64,000 nucleotides of DNA, taken from NCBI GenBank assembly GCA_028344335.1, contig JAOMAZ010000001.1, forward strand, positions 11,468-75,467. The letters run 5' to 3'. Of this stretch, positions 1 to 9,251 are shown in pieces. The first letter of the stretch is position 1. Each line of letters begins with the position of its first letter. The DNA comes from Deltaproteobacteria bacterium. Its GTDB lineage: Archaea; Thermoplasmatota; Poseidoniia; Poseidoniales; Poseidoniaceae. Both the position numbers and the translations under genes were made by a program. Below the pieces are notes generated by a model. The model worked only from the letters and a program-made list of their open reading frames with translations. It was not told the DNA's origin and did not search any database.

Positions 1-915
1 ATCATCGAGTATGTCAGGACGATTTGTTGCTGCGATTATCTTTACCGATTCAAGGGCATCAAAGCCATCTAATTCTGCTAGTAGTTGCATGAGTGTGCGT
101 TGAACTTCTCGGTCTCCACTGGTAGCAGCATCAAGGCGCTTAGCTCCAATTGCATCTATTTCGTCTAAGAAGATGATTGCTGGGGCTTTGTCGCGGGCCA
201 GTGAAAATAGTTCTCTAACCATTCGCCCACCTTCTCCAATATATTTCTGGGCTAATTCACTACCAACCATCCTAATGAAGGTTGCATTAGTTTGAGATGC
301 TACGGCCTTGGCAATCATGGTCTTTCCACAGCCTGGTGGTCCAACAAGCAAAACACCCTTTGGTGGCTCAATACCAACTTTCCGGAATAACTCGGGACTT
401 TCAAGTGGTAATTCAATGGCCTCTCGTAATTTCTCAATCTGTTCATCTAAGCCACCAATATGGTCGTACTCAATATTTGGTGCTTCAATTAATTCTGCTC
501 CACTAACGAGTGGATCCCAAGCATCATGGAGAACGTCAGTTACTGCTAATGTGTCTTGATTGAGTGCAACTCTGGTGCCCGGCTTCAAGCGTGAAAGACC
601 TAAGCGTTGGTTAACTGCAACTTGAAAGACGGTCCCATTAGAAGAACGGACAATTGCTGATTCATCGTTTAGGATATCTTGTATGTGCCCAATGATTAGC
701 GGTGGGCTCTTTAGCATACGAATTTCTTCATCTAATCTTGCAGTACGCTTCTTCAATTTATTGATATCACTTTCCAATGATACGCGTTCTGTTATCAAGC
801 GCTGAGCTTTATCATGTAAGGAGCGGTAATCCTGTTCTAACTGGCGTAATTCATCATCAGAGCGGTTCTCTTCACCAACCGAACCCGGCTTCATAGCCTC
901 AACATCAGATGTCAT
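1..915 (-). CDS. pan: Proteasome-activating nucleotidase (AAA+ ATPase), 3' end beyond the window edge
   Basis: Manual reverse-strand translation from ATG at 915: MTSDVEAMKPG... N-terminal coiled coil, LKSPPLIIG, Walker A GVLLVGPPGCGKT, Walker B IIFLDEIDAIG, EVQRTLMQLL, ATNRPDILD. Absent from the ORF track because no stop lies inside the window. Confidence 0.95.
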   Translation of the reverse strand, partial: MTSDVEAMKPGSVGEENRSDDELRQLEQDYRSLHDKAQRLITERVSLESDINKLKKRTARLDEEIRMLKSPPLIIGHIQDILNDESAIVRSSNGTVFQVAVNQRLGLSRLKPGTRVALNQDTLAVTDVLHDAWDPLVSGAELIEAPNIEYDHIGGLDEQIEKLREAIELPLESPELFRKVGIEPPKGVLLVGPPGCGKTMIAKAVASQTNATFIRMVGSELAQKYIGEGGRMVRELFSLARDKAPAIIFLDEIDAIGAKRLDAATSGDREVQRTLMQLLAELDGFDALESVKIIAATNRPDILDD

Positions 916-1027
916 TCAACTATCCTCAGTTTGCCCACCGTTATTCAATGTACTCAAACTCTTTGCTGGAAAATAGTCAATCGTAGGGTTGAATTGGGGG
1001 GAGCGTTGCACAGTCAACGGGGATAGT

Positions 1028-1516
1028 ATGGGCGCCTGTGAATTATGTGGAGCCGAGAAGACTTCTACACGTAGTGTGAAAATGGGAAGGGCAACTGTAG
1101 ATGCCTGCAGTAAATGCATTGATTCAATGAGTCTAGCCACTGTCGCGCCTATTCGAAAACCATCTGAAATTATCCAGAAAAGTGCAAATCATGGAGGATA
1201 TTCTGGAACGGGTAAGAAAGGCCGAGACATTATGCGTAAAGGGAAAAAGGAATTATGCGGGGGGTTTTCTAAAATAATTACCGAGGCTCGTGAAAAAATG
1301 GGTTTAGATAAACGCCAACTAGCTCACAAAATGGCTGAAAAAATAAATGTTATTCAAGCAGCAGAGTCTGGGCGTCCACCTTCTGACACTGTCATTAAAA
1401 AACTCGAAAGAGCCCTTGATATCACCCTGATGGTTGAAACTAAGCCAGATGAAAATAGAATGGTGGGCTCTGGCACAAGTCGTGGTATGAACTTAGGCGA
1501 TTTCTTCGAAGATTGA
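1028..1516 (+). CDS. mbf1: Archaeal multiprotein bridging factor 1 (Zn ribbon + HTH)
   Basis: N-terminal CELCG...CSKC zinc ribbon and Cro-type HTH (AREKMGLDKRQLA...ESGR.P...KKLERAL); adjacent to pan as in many archaea; start taken at ATG 1028. Confidence 0.9.
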   Translation: MGACELCGAEKTSTRSVKMGRATVDACSKCIDSMSLATVAPIRKPSEIIQKSANHGGYSGTGKKGRDIMRKGKKELCGGFSKIITEAREKMGLDKRQLAHKMAEKINVIQAAESGRPPSDTVIKKLERALDITLMVETKPDENRMVGSGTSRGMNLGDFFED

Positions 1517-1526
1517 GTCGATAAAC

Positions 1527-2090
1527 ATGGCTGAAATTGGAATCCACGCCATCTGGTTAGCTCAAGACGATCCCAGCAAAAATACTGCAGTAAAATTATC
1601 ACGGAAAGGTAAATTAATACTTCATAAGAAAATTTCTCAATTACCAAGGCGAGGAATTATCCTCGACCCTCTTTGCGGCAAAGTATTAGGCCCTGAAGAC
1701 CGAGAATTAATGGATAAAGGAGGGAAGTTAGTTGGACTTGATTGCAGTTGGGCGCAGATTGAAGATAGTGTCAAGAAAGTTGGGAAAAGAACCAAACTGC
1801 GACGAAGGATGCTTCCAATGCTATTAGCCGCCAACCCTGTGAACTGGGGGAAACCTAGTAAGATGACCACAGCCGAAGCACTAGCTGCATCATTATGGAT
1901 ATTAGGAAGAGAGCAGGAAGCCAGAGAATTACTCAATGCATTTAGTTGGGGAGAGGAGTTCTTCAAACTCAATAGACTACCACTCGAGGCCTATACTTCG
2001 GCTAATTCCAGTGGTGAATTGGTAAGGATGCAGATGGATTTCTTCGACCTTCCTGATGAAGTAGTAGCTGCTTTGACTGAGGAAGAATAA
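1527..2090 (+). CDS. tsr3: 16S rRNA aminocarboxypropyltransferase Tsr3
   Basis: QDDPSKNTAVKL, LDCSW, LPMLLAANPVNWGKP.K.TTAEALAA and FSWGEEFF.LN motifs. Confidence 0.92.
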   Translation: MAEIGIHAIWLAQDDPSKNTAVKLSRKGKLILHKKISQLPRRGIILDPLCGKVLGPEDRELMDKGGKLVGLDCSWAQIEDSVKKVGKRTKLRRRMLPMLLAANPVNWGKPSKMTTAEALAASLWILGREQEARELLNAFSWGEEFFKLNRLPLEAYTSANSSGELVRMQMDFFDLPDEVVAALTEEE

Positions 2091-2132
2091 GACGCGGTAA
2101 CATTGATGACTTGCTCAAGCTGCCAACGGTTC

Positions 2133-3176
2133 ATGACAGGTCCATTGATTGAATGCGTGCCAAATATTAGCGAAGGTACAGACCTTGCTAAAATAGAATC
2201 AATCGTTAATGCTGCAAGAGGTATTGAAGGAGCTCGTGTATTATCTAGTGAACCTGATGCCGATTACAATCGTACCGTGATTACAATTGCAGGAACGCCG
2301 CAGGCAGTTAGTGAAGCGGCCTTTAGATTAATTGCTAGTGCAGCAAAAAATATCGACATGCGGCTACACAAAGGAAACCATGCACGCTTAGGTGCAGTTG
2401 ATGTATGTCCATTTATTCCCTTAGCGGAAATTAGCATGCAAGAATGTTCAGAATTGGCACGCAGCCTCTCTCTGAGGGTTGGTAGTGAATTAGGCCTAAC
2501 TTCCTATCTTTATGGAGCAGCCGCATCAACTGATGTAAGGAGAAACCATAGCCTCCTCAGGAAAGGACAGTACGAGGAATTAGAAGCACGTTTGACTGAA
2601 GGGGAAAATTCAATTCATGAAGAAGAGACTCGGCTACCTGATAATGGTCCATCAATTTGGACAGAAAAGGTTGCAAAGTTCGGTGCCACGATAATTGGTG
2701 CACGAGGTATTTTAGTAGCCTACAATGTTAATCTCGATGAAAAAGAAGCAATAGTAGCAGGGGCAATAGGTAGAACTGTTAGGCAATCCGGCCCACTAAT
2801 AAAGAATGAAGCCGGCCAAAAAATGCCAGTTTCAGGGATGTTGCCGAAAGTTCAGGGAATGGGCTTCCCTTTGGAAGAACATGGAATTTCTCAAGTCTCA
2901 ATGAATTTACAAGACATTAGCATAACGCCAATGCATGTGACATATGAAACAATCAAGTGGTTAGCAAATACCTATGGAATTAAAACTACAGGCAGTGAAT
3001 TAGTTGGTCTTGCTCCGCTAAGTGCTTTTTTAGAGGCTGGAGCATGGTATGATAGCAATGCAGTTAGTGAAGAGCAACTTATCGCAGCGGCAGTTAAGGG
3101 AATGGGCTTAGATGACCTTGGACCCTTTATTGCCGAGCAAAGGATTATCGAAAGAGCACTTACAGGAAGTGACTGA
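2133..3176 (+). CDS. ftcD: Glutamate formiminotransferase (FT domain of FTCD)
   Basis: LIECVPNISEG, DADYNRTVIT, IDMRLHKGNHARLGAVDVCPF, GARGILVAYNVNL, QVSMNL, GSELVGL. Confidence 0.93.
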   Translation: MTGPLIECVPNISEGTDLAKIESIVNAARGIEGARVLSSEPDADYNRTVITIAGTPQAVSEAAFRLIASAAKNIDMRLHKGNHARLGAVDVCPFIPLAEISMQECSELARSLSLRVGSELGLTSYLYGAAASTDVRRNHSLLRKGQYEELEARLTEGENSIHEEETRLPDNGPSIWTEKVAKFGATIIGARGILVAYNVNLDEKEAIVAGAIGRTVRQSGPLIKNEAGQKMPVSGMLPKVQGMGFPLEEHGISQVSMNLQDISITPMHVTYETIKWLANTYGIKTTGSELVGLAPLSAFLEAGAWYDSNAVSEEQLIAAAVKGMGLDDLGPFIAEQRIIERALTGSD

Positions 3177-3809
3177 ATGGCTGAAGATGAATGGTCCGAA
3201 ATGAGTTTGCGTGAATTCCAAACTGCCCTTGCAAGTTCATCGCCAACTCCAGGAGGTGGCACAGCCGCTGCCGTATCACTCGGTCAAGCAGCCGCTCTGT
3301 CTTGCATGGTTGCAGACTTGACACTTGGCAAGGAAAAGTGGAAGAGCGGATGGGAAATTGCCGAAAAGGCCCAAGATTGCGCCATTGGAATGTTCAGCAA
3401 AGCCCTTGACTTGGCTACTGACGATAGCCGTTCATTCGATGCGGTTATGATGTCGTTCAAATTAGCCAAAGATAGCGATGAGGAAAAGGAGATTCGTCGT
3501 CAAGCAATTCACGAGGCTACCTTAGGAGCTGCAGAAGTTCCATTGGAGACAGCAAGACTGGCGCATTCTTTATTGGAGCATCTTCCAGAATTAGCCGAAA
3601 AAGGAAATGTAAACACAGTATCTGATATTGGAGTTGCATCACTTCTCGCATCTGCTGCTTGTAAAGGAGCATTATTCAATGTGGAAATCAATATTTCAAG
3701 TCTACCTGAAGAAATGGGTGGAGCTCTAAAAGAAGAAGCGACCTCAATATTAGAATCTTCAAGGATTTTATCAAGAGCCTGCATGGATGCGGTACGAAAA
3801 AGGCTGTGA
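3177..3809 (+). CDS. Formiminotetrahydrofolate cyclodeaminase (CD domain of FTCD)
   Basis: ASSSPTPGGGTAAA, DDSRSF, AAEVPL, KGNVNTVSDIGVA, GALFNVEIN; immediately follows the FT gene. Confidence 0.9.
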   Translation: MAEDEWSEMSLREFQTALASSSPTPGGGTAAAVSLGQAAALSCMVADLTLGKEKWKSGWEIAEKAQDCAIGMFSKALDLATDDSRSFDAVMMSFKLAKDSDEEKEIRRQAIHEATLGAAEVPLETARLAHSLLEHLPELAEKGNVNTVSDIGVASLLASAACKGALFNVEINISSLPEEMGGALKEEATSILESSRILSRACMDAVRKRL

Positions 3810-3813
3810 ATAA

Positions 3814-4593
3814 ATGGCTAGCATTGAGGAGCGAGGAATACATCGCCTCAATGATGGAAACTGGTCTCTAGAAAAGGATTGTATCGCCGTTGAATCAGTC
3901 TTGAGCATCGATATTAAATCACCTACTAAATTGGAAAGATGGGTCAGCATTTTGAGAACCCCAGGCAATGATGAAGCCCTAATCAGGGGATTAATCCATT
4001 CAGAGGGCGTAATGACTGATAGTAGAGAATTCCAAATCGTATTGAATGAATCTTCTGCTACCATTCTCGTGACTGATGATTCATATCAAATCGCTGCCAG
4101 AGGACGAATTAGTAATGGCAGTGCATGTGGAATATGTGGCCGTCAAGATTTTTCTGATTTGTTGAATCTGATTCATCAATGCGAGTTAAGACAATTGAAT
4201 ATTGACGATGACATAATTGTTAACCTACCAAATACAATGAAAGATAGTCAAGTCGCTTTCTCTTCAACGGGTGGAATCCATGCCTCTGCCCTATTTACAG
4301 CAGAAGGAGATATGTTGCTAATGATGGAAGATATTGGTAGGCATAATGCTGTGGACAAAGTTATCGGCCAAGCAATAATTAGCGGTATTGAAATGCACAA
4401 TTGCATCCTTTGTTTATCAGGTAGAATTGGTTCAGAATTGGTACTAAAAGCAGCAGCTGCAGGAATCGCTGTAATCATTGCAGTAGGGGCCGCCAGTAGC
4501 ATGGCTATCGACCTAGCAAGAGAGGCAGGAATCGCCATGTATGGTTTTACTCGCAATGGAAGTAGCGTCTCATATAATCGGCCGATTGCATAA
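3814..4593 (+). CDS. fdhD: Formate dehydrogenase accessory sulfurtransferase FdhD
   Basis: RTPGND, SACGICG, F..TGGIHASALF, EDIGRHNAVDKVIG, LSGR...ELVLKA. Confidence 0.93.
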   Translation: MASIEERGIHRLNDGNWSLEKDCIAVESVLSIDIKSPTKLERWVSILRTPGNDEALIRGLIHSEGVMTDSREFQIVLNESSATILVTDDSYQIAARGRISNGSACGICGRQDFSDLLNLIHQCELRQLNIDDDIIVNLPNTMKDSQVAFSSTGGIHASALFTAEGDMLLMMEDIGRHNAVDKVIGQAIISGIEMHNCILCLSGRIGSELVLKAAAAGIAVIIAVGAASSMAIDLAREAGIAMYGFTRNGSSVSYNRPIA

Positions 4594-4648
4594 GAATAAG
4601 AGAACAACAGTCAAAGTATGGAACCACCTCGTCAAACATGGTGAGTGG

Positions 4649-6508
4649 ATGACGATCATAGAAAGATGGGATCCCAGCCGACCGGGACATCGATTATTGG
4701 ATGTTCTGAAGAAAGAAATACATAACCGCGGAATGCCAAGCGGAGAGCGAATCCGAGAGATTGCAGAACTTTGTGATACTACTGCTGCAAAGGTGAGGGG
4801 AGCGATTGGCTATTATGCCGAATTAAAACCAAGTGATCACACAGTTAGAGTTTGTACTGGAGAGTCGTGCCGAGCCAGAGGTGCTGATGCTTTAATCAAG
4901 GAATTAGAAGACTCGGGTGAACGAGTTGGAGAGTTGATTTGTGCTGGACTTTGTGCTTGTGGACCTGCGGTACTTCGAGACGAAACTGTACCTCAATTTG
5001 TATCTCAACAAGGAAGCGGCAGTCAATTCTATATCAGCCAAGATAGTACTAGTATTGCGATTGGCTGTGAAGAAATCGCCACCACCTTAATTCAACATAT
5101 TCCGAAAGATTCTGCGTTAATTCGAACAGGGAGTAGAGGTCTATTCCATATTGAGCCTACGCTAGAAGTGGATATAGAAGGTAAAAGACATGCTTTTGGT
5201 CCTATTACCTCGGCAGAGATTCCTTCAATCCTAGATTCAATTACTAATCAACAAATCCATCCGAAATCACTTGGCCTAGTTGAAGATTTACTCAAAAATC
5301 AATCAAGATATGCAATGCAAAGATTTGGTCATGCTAATCCTCTTGATTTGGAAGGAATGAAGGAACTAGGAGCCTACCAAGGATTGGAAAAAACCAAAGA
5401 AATTGGTAGCAAGGCAGTCATTGAAGAATTGAAGACTGCAGGCTTGAGAGGGCGTGGCGGAGCTGGATTCCCAACTCATTTCAAGTGGGCAGCAGCCGCT
5501 GCCGAACAAACGGATTTGAAATTCGTAGTGGCAAATGCCGATGAAGGAGATGCTGGTACATTCATCGACCGGATGATAATGGAAGGTGATCCTCATGCAT
5601 TAATCGAGGGGATGGCGATTTGCGCTCAAGTAATAGGGGCAAGTCAGGGGAAAGTCTACCTTAGGAGCGAATATCCTCATGCTGAAGTAACACTGGAAAG
5701 TGCCTTACAAGGTGCAAGAAATGAGGGAATCCTTGGAGACCATTTTGATATTGAGATAGCAATTGGAGCTGGCTCATATGTTTGTGGGGAAGAAACAGCG
5801 CTGCTTGAGAGCCTTGAAGGCAGGAGAGGAGAAGTTAGGGCACGCCCACCATTTCCAACAACTTCTGGTCTATTCGGTAAACCTACAATCGTCAATAACG
5901 TCCTGACATTCGCCTTAGCGGCGGCAATAATGAGAGTTGGAGGAGAGCATTACGGAAGCCTCGGAGTCGAATCAAGTAAGGGCACAGTAGTTGTTCAAGC
6001 AACTGGTACCTTAGAACGTCCTGCTTGTTTCGAGATTCCTTTTGGTGGAAGTATTGGTACTATACTCGATTCATGGTGTGGATGTGAGGAAGTAGTTGCA
6101 GTACAAGCAGGAGGGCCTCTTGGTTCGGTATTCAAAATGCAAGAAATGTATGATATAGAATTATCATTTGAGGGTTTGGCAAATGCAGGTGGCTTACTTG
6201 GCCATGGTGGTTTCGTTTGTTATGATGCTGATTTTGACGCTCATAAGGAAGTTGTTGGCTGGATGCGTTTCTTCCGCGACGAGAGTTGTGGAAAATGCAC
6301 CCCGTGTCGGATCGGCACTCAACGGGCTTTGGAATTGATTGAACGCTTGGGTGGAGACATGGAAAAAGAAGGCGATAAGAAATTACTGACCGACCTAGAT
6401 GATTTAATGACCTCAACCTCTCTCTGTGCACTTGGTGGATTAGCGATGAACCCAGTGCGCTCGACCATGGAACGTTGGCCAGCCGCCTTTGGGGGTGAAC
6501 AGAAATGA
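4649..6508 (+). CDS. NAD-dependent formate dehydrogenase diaphorase subunit, NuoE-like (gamma) + NuoF-like (beta) fusion
   Basis: N-terminal CTGESC...CAGLCACGP ([2Fe-2S]); FdsB-like RTGSRGLFHIEP; NuoF motifs GLRGRGGAGFP, NADEGD, GAGSYVCGEETAL, ESCGKCTPCR...LC. Start at ATG 4649 after GGTGA. Confidence 0.9.
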   Translation: MTIIERWDPSRPGHRLLDVLKKEIHNRGMPSGERIREIAELCDTTAAKVRGAIGYYAELKPSDHTVRVCTGESCRARGADALIKELEDSGERVGELICAGLCACGPAVLRDETVPQFVSQQGSGSQFYISQDSTSIAIGCEEIATTLIQHIPKDSALIRTGSRGLFHIEPTLEVDIEGKRHAFGPITSAEIPSILDSITNQQIHPKSLGLVEDLLKNQSRYAMQRFGHANPLDLEGMKELGAYQGLEKTKEIGSKAVIEELKTAGLRGRGGAGFPTHFKWAAAAAEQTDLKFVVANADEGDAGTFIDRMIMEGDPHALIEGMAICAQVIGASQGKVYLRSEYPHAEVTLESALQGARNEGILGDHFDIEIAIGAGSYVCGEETALLESLEGRRGEVRARPPFPTTSGLFGKPTIVNNVLTFALAAAIMRVGGEHYGSLGVESSKGTVVVQATGTLERPACFEIPFGGSIGTILDSWCGCEEVVAVQAGGPLGSVFKMQEMYDIELSFEGLANAGGLLGHGGFVCYDADFDAHKEVVGWMRFFRDESCGKCTPCRIGTQRALELIERLGGDMEKEGDKKLLTDLDDLMTSTSLCALGGLAMNPVRSTMERWPAAFGGEQK

Positions 6509-9204
6509 GTAATGAATTCACCATGATAATTGACGGTACTATGGTTATTGGGCATGAAGGTCAAACAGTCATGCAAGTAGCCAGAGATAATGAAATTAAA
6601 ATTCCAAGTCTTTGTGATTCACCTCATCTTGCTGCATTCGGTTCTTGCCGAATATGTGTCGTAGAAGTGGATGGGATGCGCGGCACGCCTTCTTCTTGCA
6701 CTACCCCAGCAAATGCAGGAATGCAAGTTTCAACAACCAGTGATAGATTGTGGGAATTGCGAAGAGGGTTGACTGAACTCTATGTGAGTGAACACCCACT
6801 CGACTGCCTGACTTGTACTGCTAACGGAGATTGTGAGTTACAAGATGTTGCGGCAGAAGTTGGATTGAGGGAAATTCGCTATGACAATACTCCTTCTTGT
6901 GAAGGCATGCCAATCGATGAATCAAACCCCTTCTTTTCTTTTGACCCAAGTAAATGCATTGTCTGTTCTCGTTGCATCAGGGCCTGTGATGATATTCAAG
7001 CAACCCATGCTCTATCGCTAGATGGGAGAGGTTTCTTCAGCCGAATAATTGCTGGTGCAGATGAATTATTTATGGATTCAGATTGTGTATCATGTGGTGC
7101 TTGTGTCAACGAATGTCCAGTTGCTGCCCTTGAAGACACCGTCGAGAGAAAGCATGGCAAGCCAGATGCGTATGTTCGTACTACTTGCGCATTTTGCGGA
7201 GTCGGCTGTCAATTCGACGCTGGTGTCAAAGGTGGAAAACTAGTCTCGATGATTCCAGTTGCTGAGTCTCCTGTCAATCAGGGTCATTCTTGTGTCAAAG
7301 GGAGGTTCGCTTCAGCCTATGTCCATCACCAAGATAGGCTGACAGTTCCGCTGGTTCGTGATTCAATAGAAGATGAATTTAGAGAAGCAAGTTGGGAGGA
7401 GGTTTATGGCCTAATTTCGTCAAAATGGCAAAATCTGATTAGTACTCAGGGTCCTGATTCTCTCGGAATAATTACTTCTTCGCGTTCTACAAATGAACTC
7501 AACTATCTTGGCGCAAAATTGATGCGAGCTGTTGTTGGAACTAATAATGTGGATAATTGTGCAAGAGTATGCCATTCTGCAACTGTCAAAGGAATGATGA
7601 CGGTATTTGGTGCGGGGGCCGGAACTAATAGTTTGAATGATATCGATGAAACCGACTTACTCCTAGTCTCAGGCTGCAATCCCATTCACGGCCACCCAGT
7701 CACAGGCTCAAGAATAGTCCGCGCAAGAAAGCGTGGCATGAGGATGATTGTTGCCGATCCAAAACGCACAGAATTGGCTAAAATAGCCGATATTCACCTG
7801 CAATTAAGACCAGGTACAAATGTCGCCCTTTACCAAGGCTTGGCCCATATCATCCTACGGGAAAACTTGCAAGCCGGTGATGAATGGATGTCTTCTAGAA
7901 CCGAGAACCTTGAGCCATTCAAGGAAATGGTCAAATTGATGACGCCTGAATTATGTTCAGAACTGACTACCATCCCAGTCGAAACATTGGAATCCGCAGC
8001 AAGATTGTACGCCAAGGCCGATGCTGCAATGTCCGTACACGGCCTAGGTATGACTGAGCATAGTCATGGCTCTGAAGGTGTTATGGCACTCTCAAGTCTT
8101 GCACTGCTGACAGGAAATGTAGGCCGGCTAGGAACCGGAATCAATCCACTGAGGGGTCAAAATAATGTTCAGGGTTCATGTGACATGGGTGCTCTCCCTA
8201 ATGTCTATACAAATTATCAATCAGCAGACGACCCTCAAGTAAGACAGAAATTTGCTACTGCATGGAATGTAGAAGTTCCAACTAAACCGGGAATGACTTA
8301 TCCTGCTATGCTAGAAAGTGTTAGCGAAGGTGGGCTGAAATCACTATACATGATTGGCTCAGATATTGCCCACACAGACCCAAATAATCTACAGGTTATT
8401 GAGGCATTATCCAATTTGGAATTACTCATTGTTCAAGATATATTCTTCTGTGAATCTGCAAAGTTGGCCCATATCGTGCTGCCAGCTGCCTCATTCTTGG
8501 AATCCGATGGAACCTATACAAACGGTGAGAGAAGAATTCAGCGAATTCGAAAAGCTATCGATGCACCTGGTCAAGCAAAGCAGGATTGGATAATCGTCAA
8601 GGAATTAGCAGAAGCGATGGGCCACCCTATTGCATTTAGTGAGGATTGCTCTGATGTGTGGGATGAATTAGCGGCATTAACACCCAACTTCGTAGGAATC
8701 TCCTATGATAGGTTAGAGGATATAGAAGCCGTTCAATGGCCGGCGCCAACTACTGAACATCCTGGCACTTCTGTCATGCACCAAGACCAATTTTCGAGGG
8801 GGTTGGGCCATTTTGTTGCCCCTGAGTTTTCTGAGCCAAATGAAACTGCGAGCGATGATTACCCATTTATCCTAGTAACTGGTAGGAACCTCTATCACTA
8901 CAATGCAGCAACTCAAACAAGACGTAGTGGTCTTGTTGAATTCAGAGGTACTGATTACCTAGAAATACACCCAGAAGACGCTGAAAGACTTGGCATTGAA
9001 GACAATACTGAAATCTGGATTTCAAGCCCTCGGAATAAGATTAAAATGTTAGCAAAACACAATGATGATGTGAGAATAGGTAATCTATTCACAACTTTCC
9101 ACTTCCCAGAACTTGGAATCAACACCGTAATCAGTTCTTCATCCGATGGTTATACTCGTTGCCCCGAATACAAGGTCCAAGCTGTTGCCATAAGTGCCGT
9201 TTAA
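6505..9204 (+). CDS. fdhF: Formate dehydrogenase alpha subunit (Mo/W-bisPGD, Cys ligand; FdsA/FdhF-like)
   Basis: [2Fe-2S] (C..GSCRIC..C), HPLDCLTC..C, two ferredoxin motifs CIVCSRCIRAC and CVSCGACVNECP, CAFCGVGC, active site NNVDNCARVCH and LRGQNNVQG; ATGA overlap with the upstream gene; no Tat signal. Confidence 0.93.
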   Translation: MSNEFTMIIDGTMVIGHEGQTVMQVARDNEIKIPSLCDSPHLAAFGSCRICVVEVDGMRGTPSSCTTPANAGMQVSTTSDRLWELRRGLTELYVSEHPLDCLTCTANGDCELQDVAAEVGLREIRYDNTPSCEGMPIDESNPFFSFDPSKCIVCSRCIRACDDIQATHALSLDGRGFFSRIIAGADELFMDSDCVSCGACVNECPVAALEDTVERKHGKPDAYVRTTCAFCGVGCQFDAGVKGGKLVSMIPVAESPVNQGHSCVKGRFASAYVHHQDRLTVPLVRDSIEDEFREASWEEVYGLISSKWQNLISTQGPDSLGIITSSRSTNELNYLGAKLMRAVVGTNNVDNCARVCHSATVKGMMTVFGAGAGTNSLNDIDETDLLLVSGCNPIHGHPVTGSRIVRARKRGMRMIVADPKRTELAKIADIHLQLRPGTNVALYQGLAHIILRENLQAGDEWMSSRTENLEPFKEMVKLMTPELCSELTTIPVETLESAARLYAKADAAMSVHGLGMTEHSHGSEGVMALSSLALLTGNVGRLGTGINPLRGQNNVQGSCDMGALPNVYTNYQSADDPQVRQKFATAWNVEVPTKPGMTYPAMLESVSEGGLKSLYMIGSDIAHTDPNNLQVIEALSNLELLIVQDIFFCESAKLAHIVLPAASFLESDGTYTNGERRIQRIRKAIDAPGQAKQDWIIVKELAEAMGHPIAFSEDCSDVWDELAALTPNFVGISYDRLEDIEAVQWPAPTTEHPGTSVMHQDQFSRGLGHFVAPEFSEPNETASDDYPFILVTGRNLYHYNAATQTRRSGLVEFRGTDYLEIHPEDAERLGIEDNTEIWISSPRNKIKMLAKHNDDVRIGNLFTTFHFPELGINTVISSSSDGYTRCPEYKVQAVAISAV

Positions 9205-9251
9205 ATCATTGGTGGCAATTGATAAGAGAAGGATGCCCAGCGTAAGCCACC

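Noticed and set aside
297..1140. Short ORFs at 297, 308 and 916
   Set aside because: Antisense shadows of pan and mbf1.
7540..7580. Selenocysteine in FDH alpha
   Set aside because: The active site is CARVCH with a TGC Cys codon and the ORF has no internal TGA.
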